From Piromyces finnis finn (lineage: Eukaryota; Fungi; Neocallimastigomycota), in contig MCFH01000006.1 in the NCBI GenBank assembly GCA_002104945.1, positions 744,001 to 808,000 on the forward strand: a stretch of DNA of 64,000 nucleotides, in the 5' to 3' direction. Shown here piece after piece: positions 39,806-53,813 of this stretch; the first letter of the stretch is position 1; each line of letters begins with the position of its first letter. The notes beneath the pieces are model-generated. The model ran no database searches and was not told the DNA's origin. It saw only the letters and a program-made list of their open reading frames with translations. Made by a program: the position numbers and the translations under genes.

Positions 39806-41816
39806 TGAATAAACTAATGAAGGAATAAATAAAATTACATAAATATATATTTTATGAATAAATATATTTTATGATTAAATAGTAATTAATAGTGTATATT
39901 TATATTTTTATATAAAGATATAAAGATAAAATATAAGCAAATAATAAATTAGTTTAATGAAATGTTTATATTATTATTAATAATAGTTTACTAATGATTG
40001 CTGAATTAATAGTTAATAATAACTAATGATTTTTATTTTTCTTTTCTATAAATTTATTTATATATATTATAAATAATAAAAAAACAATATGAATAAAAAC
40101 ATTATTTCTAATTAAAATCTCAGCCTTTAATTTTATTATTTCCCCCATCATTTTCATTTATATATTAATAAGCTATAAATCAAATATTATAGTGTAAATT
40201 TAAGTTTTTTTTTTATTTATTAAGAAATAATTAAAACTTCTAATTAGCTAGCCATAATTTATCAACTAGAATATTTACCTAATTATAAAGTTTTTTTTTC
40301 TTCTTCTATATTTATAATAATACTACAATGAAAGACAGAAGAAAAAAAAAGAGAATGTTATTAAACAATAATTATCGTTTAATTATAGTTATTTTAAAAG
40401 AAATAATAATAAAACTTTTTACCTTTAGCTATGAAATTTATCAAGTTTTTTTGAATTTAAGATTTTTCTTTATTATTTCAAATAATACTTTAAAAATAGT
40501 AATGAGTTCTAATTTAGATATTAATTTGACATATTGTATTAATTAAATAATTATTTATAGAATAATAAAATAATAAAATAAGAATAAATTTAATATATCT
40601 TTTTCCAGAATGTGTAACTAATTATAAAGTTTTTTTTTCTTTATTTTTTTTTTTTATTCTGTATTTATAATCATTTATAATCATACTGTAATAAAGTAAA
40701 ATGAAAGACTAAAAATAAAGGAAATAATATTAAGCAATAATTGTTTTATTTAGAGTATGCAAAATACAAATAATCTATTTATATTAATAATTGAATCTTG
40801 GAATTACAATTATAATTAAAGTTTTATTATAGAAGTTTTCTTTTTCTTTTTTTTATTTATTTGTATTTAATGTTAGTTTGCTTTATGCATTGTTTGGAAA
40901 CCTTAATAATATTTTCAATTTAATTATAAAATAATAGAAAAGGTCAAGAGAAAAATAATAATGAAACATTTGATAGTTAATAGTACAGCTATTTTTAAAT
41001 AAAAAGTGAAATAGAAAAGAATATAAATATATAAAATATTTTAATTAATAAATTTCTATCCAAAAAGCTAATTAAATCAATAAAAATATTATATTAATTT
41101 AAATAGCAATCATATAATACATACTATATTACTAAATAGTAATATATAATATTAATTTTTATTTAATATATCTTGTGTAATAAAAATATTTAATAAACCT
41201 TATTTTAATATAATTATTAAATGGATATTATTTTAAAACAAAAATAATATAATCATTAAAAAATATATATAAATAAAAAAAAAAACACAAAAAATAGTTT
41301 TTTTTTTATATAAAAATAAATAAATAAATAAATAAATAAAAAAAAAAGTAATTAATTTAAGAAATAAATATAATAAAGGTATTATATACTGTTACTAATA
41401 AAATAATAAGATATGAAATTAGGGAAAATAATATGAATATAATAAAATAAAACAAAAATTGAAGAAAAAAAAATAAAAATGTGTGATAATAAACAAAAGT
41501 TTTTAGTTTCGATAAATAAAAATTTTTATTTGAGAATAATACTGAAATAACATAAAAAAAATCTAAAAATAAATAATGAAAGAAAAAACTTTGATAAAAT
41601 AGATATTGTTAAGAAATAGGTAGAAATAGAAATATTGTGATAAATAATAGAAATGATGTTAATACTAATTAAAAATAATAAAATAATATATATTTATAAG
41701 AGATATATTATTATTATAATTATTATTTAGAATAAAAAATAAAATATATATTTGTTTGGAATAATTTTAAATAATAGATAACATTTTAATCATATATTTA
41801 ATTTTATTTGTAATAG

Positions 41817-42551
41817 ATGGCTAGAGGAAAAAATTCTCAAAACTTTTTAGCTAAGCGTAAGAGACCAACTAATAAAGGTGCAGCTAAAGGAAATAATGAT
41901 TCTTCTGAAGCTATTGATGTTGTTTTAATAAATAAAATTAATTCAATTGAAAAGACTCTTAACAATGTTTCATTAAAAATTTACCAATCTTACAATAAAA
42001 TTCTCATGTACATTGGTGTTGCTGTATTTGCTTCTATATTTATTTTATTAAATTATCTTGAAAAGAAAATTTCCAAATACACATACACTTACGAAAATAT
42101 TGCAGAAATCAAATATAAAACTGTTTATAATGGTCATTACAACTATAAAGGTAATGAATCATATGATACTCTTACTGCTATGAAAGAAGAAGGAAGAAAT
42201 ATTTATTTCTACTACAATCTTATTTTGATTTTCGTTTACTCACCAATCTTATGTTTCAGTATCACCAACATTATTTCTGAAGTTTGTGGATTTACTAAGA
42301 CTAATGTTTTCCCATTTTTCATTTCTGTATTCCAAATTTTAGAAAGTATTGCTTTAATTTTCACTATTAAGGGTTATCCAAATTCTTTAATTCTTCTTAA
42401 TATTTCAGGTAAATTAGCTGTTATCAAGTACTTCTTCATCTTTATTACTATTTTTGTTGTTATTTTTGGTTTTATTGATAGATATCAAAACAAACCAAAG
42501 TCAACCGGAATCTCTTTAGAAGAATCCGAAAAATCAAAAAAAAGTGAATAA
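41817..42551 (+). CDS. Hypothetical intronless membrane protein (about 4 TM segments)
   Basis: 244-aa open ORF in very AT-rich DNA. It has a basic N-terminus, hydrophobic segments (ILMYIGVAVFASIFILL; LILIFVYSPILCFSI; PFFISVFQILESIALIF; FFIFITIFVVIFGFI) and many C-ending codons. Confidence 0.75.
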   Translation: MARGKNSQNFLAKRKRPTNKGAAKGNNDSSEAIDVVLINKINSIEKTLNNVSLKIYQSYNKILMYIGVAVFASIFILLNYLEKKISKYTYTYENIAEIKYKTVYNGHYNYKGNESYDTLTAMKEEGRNIYFYYNLILIFVYSPILCFSITNIISEVCGFTKTNVFPFFISVFQILESIALIFTIKGYPNSLILLNISGKLAVIKYFFIFITIFVVIFGFIDRYQNKPKSTGISLEESEKSKKSE

Positions 42552-43340
42552 AAAAATTTAGAAAAAAATCTAAACAAAAAATAATTAATAAAAATAAAGT
42601 AGAATAAATAAAATAAATAAATAAATAAATAATTTATATTTTATAATATAAATATAAATTTTATAATATAAATATAAATAAAATCAAAAAATATAAGTAT
42701 AAAAAAATAAAATATAGTATAAAAAATAGAAAATAAAATAAAATAAAATAATTCAAACAATACAATATAAAAATTTATCATAATATAAAATGAATAATAA
42801 ATTAGGAAAAAGTGAATTTTTTCTTCTTTTCATTTTTCATATATATTTTTATGCATTTTAAAGGAAGACATATATGTTTTTTCTTTATTTATCTAAATAC
42901 TTAATATACATGCATAAAATCTTATTTTAATATTTATAATATAAAAATAAAATAAAATAATAATAATAATAAAAAAAAATACAATAGCAACAAATATATA
43001 TGTTGTGATTATTTAAGTATAAACAATAATAGATTTTATATTTGTATTTATTTATTTATGTTTTGAATAAATTACATATTTTACAAATGTTATAATAATA
43101 TATCAAAAGTTAAACATAAATATTTTATATATAGAATTTATTTAATTAAATTCAAATTTTTTTTAAAAAAGAAATTTTTTCTATATATATTTATTGTTAA
43201 GTATCTAAGTTTCTGTATAAAAATTAATAGATTTACCAAGTTTTAAAATCGATGATTATTTAAATAATAAATAAAATAAAACAAATAAGAATGAATATAT
43301 ATGCATTTTTTTTTTTAATAATTAAAAATGTCATTACAGA

Positions 43341-46300
43341 TTACATAAAGTACATGACACGCTCTAATTCTGGCCTTACTGTTCCATATTGAACTATTTT
43401 TTCTAACGAACAATTTCCATTATCAACAAGATTATTACTCATTTTATCTTTTGACTTATTCATTAAATCAATTTGATTATTACTATTTAAAAAATTAATT
43501 GTATAATTTTCTTTTAATGTTAATGAATTTATTGTACCATCATTTATTGTTGAAGTTGTTTCGGGCATAGAAATTAAAGATGCATATGAAGCATTATTAC
43601 TACTACTACTACTACTACTACTACTATTATTATTATTATTATTATTATTATTGTTGTTGTTGTTGATGTTATTATTGCTATTATTAATATTATAATTCAT
43701 TGATTTATTATCACAAATAGTATTGATATTATTAATCATTAAATTTCCATTATTTTTATAATTATTGTTAATGAGATTTTGCTTGTCGTTACTATTGAGG
43801 TAACTGTTGTTAAAATTGGAATCAAAATTAAGAGGGTTGAAAACTTTGTTAAGATTATTCAATTTACTTAATAGATTGTTACTTGAAGTACTACTGTTAT
43901 CATTATTTTTATTGTTTATATTATTATTTTTTATTCCAAGCGAGTTTGAATTGAGAATGATATTATTATTAGAACTATTAGGATTTAATACAAGATTTAT
44001 ATTACTGTTATCATTGGTGGCTGAATTACTAATGACACTATTTTGATTTATTGATGAAGAAGAAACGAAATTATTTTGATAAGTATTTAATTTATTAAGT
44101 GAAGAAACACTATAATTTTCCAATGATGCTTCTGTTAAATTAGAATTTATACTCATTTGTGACATTTTATTTTTTAAAGTTGAGGAATATAAGTTATTTA
44201 TTGAAGTATTAAATGGTTCATATATTTTTTCATTTTTATTTATTAAGTTGTTAATATTTTCAGCACTATTATTATTAGTTGTTGATGATGTAGAACTTTC
44301 TTTAATTGTTATACTATTAAGACTACTATTACTACTAGATGGGTTTTGTAGTGTAGTAGTACTACTATTATTGCTACGACCTATTTCCATTGTTTTTATA
44401 TAATTTGAATTATTCTTTTTATTATTGTCATCATTCTTTAATGAAGAACCAGTTCCTATTGGTTGTTGTTGACTTTCTCCTATGTAAAAACTATTATTTT
44501 TGGAAGTATTATTGTTTATTTTTACGGGAATTCCTTTTTCTTCAAATACATCTTTATTCAAATCTCCTTTAAAGGATGAATTTAATTTATTAATATTAAA
44601 TATACTTGAGTCATTTAGTAAAAAGATATTACTATTATTTTTACTATTAGTAGCAGTATTATTATTACTATTTATACTATTTAAACTGACATTACTATTG
44701 ATAAATGATTTATTCAATTCATTCAAATTAAGAAAGTCCAGATTTTGGTATGATGTTTTATTAAAATCATTTTCATTTATATTTATATTACTGTTTATAG
44801 TTGAAGGATTATTGAAATTATTAAATATATTACTTGAACCTTTGAAATTGTATTTATAGAAATTTTGAGTACTTTCATTACTGTTCATACCATTATTTAT
44901 TCCATTAGTAGTTCCATATGACATTGTATTATTCATAGTTGGATTGATATTAGTAGATAGATTTGGATTAAGATTCATATTCATAGCTATTTTTGAGTTT
45001 TTCATTCCATTATTAGTACTGATCATGTTAATATTGGTATTAATATTTGGATTCATATTTCCTTTCATATTGACATTCATTGAATTTATATTTATAGTAT
45101 TATTAGTATTCATTAAATTCATATTTAAATTATTTGCAACATTCATTTGATTCATATTCATATTACTATTATAATTATTATTTATATTATTAATACAATT
45201 TAAGTTACTATTAGAATTATAAAAACCTTTTTGTATAGTATATTGATTTTGATTATTTCTATTGAAAATTTTACTATTTCTATTATTATTGGAATTATTT
45301 GGTGTGTATATATGGAAACGTGCTCTTGCTGCTACTAAATGAGCATAATAAGCTGGAGGACATACAGATACACTTTTAGTAGCTCTACAGTAGAGGTAAC
45401 AAAGTCGATAGGTTAGTTCTTGAAAAGTATCTGGGATAAAATTGTTTTCATCCAACAAAATATGATAATGAGTTGGCTTTGAAGTTCCTTGTAAACCTGG
45501 GTGAGAACATAAATAGAAATCAAACTCATTAGGATGAATAATACCTGTGTCAACTACTGTTCCTGGTAATATATTTCCATAGTGATCTGAATCATTTTTA
45601 TGAAGAGGAAAGAAACGACAATGATGTCTTTTTTGAACCATAACATATGTAATTTTTGGTGTGATATTAATTTCAATAGATTGGCAAGCTTTTCTAATCA
45701 TTTCAATTTCAGCTTGAACAATTTCTTTGAATTGATTATCTGGAGCATTATCACGATAAAAGATGATTCTTTTAGGTTTCTGATTTGTAGTTTGATAATA
45801 TATCTGAATTAAATTCTTTGTCATTTCAGTTAAATTTTGAATAATTTCTTGATGATTTGTTTGAATACTGATAGTAGCAGCATATCTTGAACAATACCCA
45901 TCAATTGTACCAACCATAGCTGCAATAGACAAACCATTTGAATTACCTATGTAGAGAATAAATTATATGAAAAAATATTTAATATATATTATATTATATT
46001 ATTAATATATTAGTTTAATATATCAGTAAATATATTTTTAAAATATTTACTTGCTGACGGATGAGAAACATTAGCACCAAATAAAATAGTTGGTTCTTCG
46101 TTAACAAATGGTAATTGATGTTTTGATAAATATGAATTCATTCCTCCCAATTTTGCATTAATCTTTAGACATACATTTGCACAATATTGTCTTTTGATTG
46201 ACATGATATGCTTACCTTGAATGCATTGAGTAGAAATACCGATTACAGTATCACCAACACGTTTAATATCTGCATATAAAGGTACACCTGTATTTGAAAG

Positions 46301-49298
46301 AATACATAAAATGAGTTGTGGGCGAACATAAGACATATTAGCTGCTTTATAAAATGAATTCCAAAGAGTAGTTTGCACATCGACTTGCATGTTAGCATAG
46401 AAAATTGGGGGTTGAGTCATATTTACTTTAACACCAGTTTCTTCACAAGTATTAATTAATTGGGAAATGAATTTTTTAACTTGATATAAACTGAAGCAAT
46501 TTTCAGATCCGAAAACAACTACTGACCAACATTCTAAAATGGCACCTTCTGCTACTTTTTTATCTTTTAAATTCCATGAACCTTCAACTGGTAAAAATTC
46601 TGGTTCTGATGAGAGTGGATGATATGAGATTAATGGTGGGTCTAATATTCTTGCTTTTATCACTGCCATTTCTGAACCAATTTTTATATTAAAATCTTTT
46701 AAGTGATTAGAATTTTCCTTATTTAAAATAGACATTGTATTTGAAATTTTATGTGATCTTTTATGAGGGGGTTGGCATGTAAAACGAATCATATCTGCTG
46801 TTTGTCTTTCATTTAATTTACGACATAATCTTTGGGCTGGTGCAACTTCGCAAACTTCCATTGGTAAATATATATGACGATTAGGATCTCCTACAATTAA
46901 GCATGGTAAATGTGAAAATTTTAACTTGTAATTATAACGTGTTTTAAAATATTCTGTAACAGATATTTCTTTGTTATTATCACCATATGGAAACATTGTA
47001 TTATTAGCAGAATAATAAGTAACTCTTGAAACTTTGTATTTTCTTTTTTGTTCATTACGATGTGTTATTACTATTTTTATTCCTTTTATTGTTTTCTCTA
47101 CTCTAAGTCTGTCATGTTCTGAAAATGAATGCGTTAAATCCTTTGAAGAACTATATCCAAGAATATGAGCAACAACCTCTAATACCGGTCCTTTTAAGAG
47201 TTTTATTAACAAAGCCAAGTTGGAATTATGATTATGTATTTAGTATATAAATAAAAATAAAATTGTTAAAATATTAAATATTAATTTACCTGATTCATAA
47301 AATGCTGTAGCACTAACATCAAGGTTAATTAGCATTCTTCCACTAGTTGGATGAATACTTTGATAAAAACCTTTCCAAAGTTGTGCACCATTACTTATCG
47401 ATGTTGATTCTTCAGATGTATAGAAACATTTTCCAATATTTGTGTATAGTGATGATTGGTGGTATCTTAATAATATATCTAATGCATTGATAGTGACTGA
47501 AGGTGCCTCTTTTCTTTTTCCATTCAAAAAGTCCATTAAACTATTCATATTAATATTATTTAATTTTGTGATAATAATTTTATATTTTTTTATACTATCA
47601 TTTTGGGATTCACTATATATATATACCAATTAATTTTATTATGTAAATGTAAATTAAATTAAAATTAGAATTAAATTAATTATTAATATATATTAAGGTA
47701 GTATGTACCCTTTCTCAGTAATTTTGTCATAGTAATCTGAATATTCAACATAAAAAGACATCACAGGCGATACAAAAGGTAATGGTCTATATTATTTAAT
47801 AATTTATTTTTAGTATTACGCGTAATTAAATAATATATATAAATATCTTTTTATAAGAATAATATTTATATTAAATAGTAACAAGTATTTTAAATTAATA
47901 ATCATACTTTGATGCGTAAATATTCTTTTTTCCATCAAAAATTAAATTTAAATTTTTTAAATTACTATTTTGATTTTCTTCTTCCCATTTTTGATAAATT
48001 TTTTGTAGTTTTATTGATGTAGTTTCTGGTTCAACGGTAACTTCATAATGATATATATCAAATTTTGGTAATGATAAAATTGGATAGAAATTTGCTTTAA
48101 TAGAGATAAGCTTTCCATTTTTACCATAACCTGGGCGTGTTGGAAATTGAATAGTAGTTGAGGTGTTGATACTTGATGGTTGGAAATTTAATGAATTACT
48201 ATTTAAATTGATATCTTTGTCAAAAACATTATTTGAAAAAAAACCTAAAGAATTTGATGGTGATAGTGAATGATTAAAGGAAGTATCAGATGAATCATTA
48301 TTAAATATATTCATTGAATTATTCAATATTAAGTTTAATGATGTATTAAAGGAAAATTTTGATGATAAATTATTATTAGTATAAAACATATTTGAATTAA
48401 TATTTTCCTTGTTAAAGGAAAGAGAAAATTCATTCTTTTCTGAAAAATCATTGTTTTTATTAAGTGTATCTAAACTTAGTCTATTTGGTGAACTATCCAT
48501 AAACATTAATGATCTTTCATTATTTCTATTCATATTGAAAAAATTTTTATTATTTATTACTACTTGATTTTGCTCATTTTTACTTTTATAATTGGACTTT
48601 AGATTTTTATAATTGTTTATAGATGATGCAAAAAGTTCTGATCCATATAAACTAGTTGTTGAATTATTATTGCTATTATTATTTCCATTGTTGCCATTAT
48701 TACTGCTATGATAATTTAATAAATCGTTATTTTGAAAATTATTTAATAGCATTTCTTTTCCTTCATTATAAACATTAAATTTATAATATTGGTTTGATGT
48801 ATAAACGCTTTGATGATGAGATGATAGATTATCAAGAGAGGATATATCATTTATACTTTTAAAATAATCATAATTATTTCCTTTATTTAATGGATTGCTA
48901 TATTGCTGCGAATTTAATGTGTAATAATCATTGCAATTATAATTATTATTTTCTGTAAGAGGATAGCTAGTATTTTTATTCAAAAATTCAAAATATTCAT
49001 CATTTTTATTATTGGTGCTATCTTTTTTTGTAATTGATATACACTTTTTATTTTTTTGTATATATTTATCTTCTTCAGTGTCTGATGAATCAAAATAATT
49101 ATATTGTGAACTAAAGGATGGAATTTCATATTTATTGCTGTTATTGCTATTTTTATTAGTCTTATTATTATTAATAGAGAGCATTTTTAACGAAAGTTTA
49201 ATATTTTCAATGTCTGATATTATTGGTTTTGCTTGCCTTTTGTTACTATGTGAGTTATCATTTTTACTATAACTATATTCTTGAAAAATAGTGTTCAT
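43341..49298 (-). CDS. AGO: Argonaute (N-L1-PAZ-L2-MID-PIWI) with Asn-rich N-terminus and a very large low-complexity insertion near the C-terminus; predicted non-slicer
   Basis: FPTRPGYGKNGKLISIKANFY, WKGFYQSIHP...LINLDVSATAF, YFKTRYNYKL...LPCLIVG...YLPMEVC, QCIQGKH...LKINAKLGG, FGANVSHP, FYRD, QKRHHCRFF, FYLCSHPGLQGTSKPTHY, PPAYYAHLVAARAR, and a terminal VMYFM*. About 5 exons. Confidence 0.95.
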
Positions 49299-49946
49299 TT
49301 TTAAACTGTATGAAAATAGTTTCTATATATTTTATATATAAATGATATATGTTTAAAAAAAACTAAAAATACTTTGTAATTAAAATATCTTATATATGTT
49401 AAAATTTAACATACATCATTTATATTATTTAAAAGATTGATAAAATGCGTTTTTTTTCTTCCTTTTGTTTTTATTTATATTAAACTTCAATTTTATTTAT
49501 ATTTCTTGATATATATAAACAAACTAATGAAAATTCACTATTACAATAAAAGAAAAAAAGAAAAAAATAAAACATAAATAAATTAAAAAATAATTTTAAA
49601 ATTTATGTTTAATTATTAAAAAAATTTTTTGAAAAAAAATATATCAATTAATACAAAATTTATAAAATATTATAATAAAACAAAAAAAAAGTAATTGCTT
49701 TATTAAGATATTATTTATTCTTATATGACAAAATAGTTTTAATACAAATGAAAAAAAAAAACCATATAATAATTTGACTTTTCTTAAAATGTTATTATTT
49801 ACTATTTATTAATAAATAATTGTAAATTTTATTAATTAAATTTTAAAAAACAAAATTTAATTTAAAATTTATAATTTAATATATTTTTATTTTTTGATTT
49901 AATTTATGATAAAACTAAACAAACAAAAATAATAAGAATTTTTGAG

Positions 49947-50110
<164 letters not shown>

Positions 50111-50975
50111 TTTAGTTGTGAAGAAGTGATTTAAAATTACTAGGATGAATAAAGGGTAATTTCTTTAATTATATTCTTTTGCTTATAACTATTTTTTTTT
50201 TATTTTTATTATTTATTATAATATTTTAAAATTTTAAAAATTCATAGGAAATATGAAAAAACTAATTTTTATATAATTTATAGTTTCTTTTATTTTTTTA
50301 ATTGGTACAAATTAACACATCAACATTACATTTTCTATAATAAGTACTTTCATACATTTTATAATATTGACAAAGGATATTTAAATAAATATACTTTTTC
50401 TTTCAATTTTATTTATTATGAAATTATATAAACTTTAGTCAATTTTATATATATTTCATTTTTGAAAGTAATCGTTAACTTGTGAAATTTATATATTATA
50501 ATTAAACAAGTATATTTTAATAGTCATTTTAATAATGATTTTGCTTTTAATTATAAAAAAATAATAAATAATAGAAAGATATTATTTATAAACCTTAATT
50601 TTTAAGAAAAAAGAAAAACATTTAAACTTTTTTTTTAGAAAGAAGTAAATATATTATTTAAAATTAATAAAAAATAGAAAGTTAATAGTTTTAAAAGTGC
50701 AATAATTAAATATACTAATTATAAAAAACGAACTAATAATTAGATAGACAAGTCTTTTTTTTTATTTTTTTAATTTTACAATTTTACTAACCCTAACATT
50801 ATTATTTTATAAGCAAGTGTTTGTTGTAAAGTTTTTTTTATATTATTTCCTATTTAAACGGATTTATAAATTTATGGATTTATGAATTGATTTTTATTAA
50901 ATATTTTTCGGAAAAGATTACAAATATATAGTATCATTTATCAAAGTTAAAATTTAATAATAAAAAATATTAAAA

Positions 50976-51636
50976 ATGGAAACTTTTTTGTGCTTTGGAA
51001 AGAATATCAGATATTTTAATTATACTGATAAAAGAATCATTGATAATTTACACATAAAATCAAGAGAAGATTCAAATGAAATTGATGATTATTATAATTC
51101 AGCATTTTTTAAAATATATAATATATCTGTAATTATGATATCATTTTTATATTTTAATATAACACTATATTTTTATTTAAAAAATAGAAACCATTACTTA
51201 ATTAAAAATAAACAAGTTCCACTATGTGTTGCAATATCATTTATATGTGAGATATTTTGTATTGGGTTTCCGGTAAGTTTAAGTTAATATTCTGATTATA
51301 AAGAAAAGTTTTAAATATAGTAAATAAATATTATATACTTGTATTATTAATAATCAGTTATCTAGATTGGTTAATATAGATTGTTGGTGTAAGTTTCTTG
51401 ATTATGAAAATATTTATTATCAGAGTTAAAACTTTTTATTTATTAAATACATATCTATTATATTTTTTAATATATAGTACAATTATGGCTAACATGGTTT
51501 ACTGCAACTCCAAAAATGATATTGTAAATTTCAATTATATATAAAACTTAGAATATATATATATCTATATTTATTTATTTGTTAATTGATTGTATTTTTT
51601 TTTTTAATTATTATTAATATAATGTTTTGTTAATGT

Positions 51637-51677
<41 letters not shown>

Positions 51678-53813
51678 AAGTAATGTTGCAAGATTTTTGA
51701 GATTAACATTTCTTCAAAGTAAAGATAGATTTCGTTCAAATATATTAAATTTGAAATATTTTAATTCAGTTGGAAGTTCAAGTTTTCAAATCATGGAGTA
51801 TACTAGTGACGCAAGCTTAGAATGTGGAAAAGAGGTTCCAGCAACTAATATTGAAAAAATCAGTTTTGAACCCAGTCTTTATTACAAAATAATTAATAAA
51901 ATAACTCAAGGAGTAAATTTTTTTATATTTAAATATATTATTTATAAATATATAAATATAAATATATGATAATCATAGATAATATTAATTTATATTATTA
52001 AAATTTCAATTTAAAAGACAATTGGGGCATGTATTGTTACTATTCCAACTGTTTTATTTATAATATATTGTATTTTCCTTACATTTATAAAGTGGGATAT
52101 CCTTAAGAATGGTTTATGTTCAGTAGATGCAACTTATATGAACAAAATTTTTTACTATGGCTTTATGTTATATGTAGTGGCACTCCCTTTTGTTGGTTAT
52201 CAAACATTTAAATATAGTCATACTATTAGAAAATTCGATTATATATCTTATGTTATTTGCCTATTAATTGGTATGGATAAAACAAATATAATATATAAAT
52301 AAATATAAAATAATAACATAAGTACTTTTTAAATTAAACAATATATATATTTTTTTGAAAAAAGGGTTTGGAACATTATTTCTTGAGAGTTTTGTAGTAA
52401 TTACAAATAATTATTTATATGAAGTATTAGGGTTATCATCAATTTTTATGTTTGCTGGTGCTCAATTTGGTGCAATAGTTATTCCTTTAATTGAAGTTCA
52501 TATTGAAAAAAAGAAGAAAAAAGATAATTTATTATCAGTAAATATCAATTAATAATTATTATCAAAATATTATATTAAAAATAATTTTATTAATACTTTA
52601 ATATTTACAAATACTCAATTATTTAGTTAAATAAATATGAATTTCAAAAATTAATAATGGATTATAATTATTTTGATATGCTTAGGGTAATAAGACTATT
52701 TTAAAAATTACTTTTATATTTATTATTATTAATTCATATTATTTAAATTTATTAAATAACAGTATTATTTTTTTTTTTATTGATAAATACATATAATTAT
52801 GCAATTCATAATCGAAATAAAAAATAAATGATTTTTTTTTTCATATTAAATTTATAATAGGAATTTGCCATTCAATTATTTTGCGTCGAAGTTGTACTAT
52901 TTTGGGAAATGAATTTTGAATTATTATATAAATTAAATCGTTATTTATTAAGTAAAAAGAAGATAATTTTGGAGAAAGATATAAAAAAAGGTAAATCGAT
53001 GAAAACCTCAGGAAGACAAGAATCGTCTACAAATGTACTAAAAACATCATTAGATGGTGAATATAGTAGGAAAAATTCACAAACTGATGATGCTCGTAGC
53101 GATTATTCGTTTAAATTTAAGCGAAACGTTTCAAATATTATTAAGTCATGTGATGTAGATATAAATAGGAAAAATTCACAAGATGCAGATGCAATATTAC
53201 TTTCTTTAAATCATAATGAATTTAATAATAAATATCAAAATTTCGAAAATTTAAAAGAAACTCATCATTTAGGAAAGAGAGCACAATTATTGAAAAAGTA
53301 TTTATTAGATTTAAATAATGTTTCAGCTATATATATTTCGTCTGAATGCTTATCATTTCATAACGACGATTTTCCTATAGAATTCAATAAAGAATTTAAA
53401 GCAACATACGATAAATTATATCAACTTTTTATGGATATAAATGCACCAGCATTATTAAATATTAAAGAAAATACAATAAATGATATTAAAGAAAGGCTAT
53501 CAAAAGGGGATTATTCTTTTGACATGTATATGGATGTAAATATATAAAAATAGGGTTATTTATATAATTATATCTAATTTTTAATAACTTTAATTTTATA
53601 TTATTTTTTCGGATATTTATTTTTTAATATAATATATTAGGCATTAGATGAAGTATTACAATTATTATTTGATAATATATATCCAAAGGTATTTAAACTT
53701 TATAATATTAATATTTTAAAAATTCAGATCAAAAATTAATAATATTTTTATATTAAATCAATTTAAATAATATATAGATTTATTTAAAGTTAAATGAAAA
53801 AAATAAAGTCTAA
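50976..53813 (+). CDS. Multi-pass membrane protein with C-terminal RGS domain (GPCR/RGS-type); multi-exon
   Basis: Several hydrophobic exons (VPLCVAISFICEIFCIGFP; GACIVTIPTVLFIIYCIFL; GLSSIFMFAGAQFGAIVIPLIEV), then an RGS-like segment: FAIQLFCVEVVLFW...SECLSF...LYQLFMDINAPALLNIKENTINDIKERL...MD|ALDEVLQLLFDNIYPK. The exon chain is only partly resolved. Confidence 0.75.
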
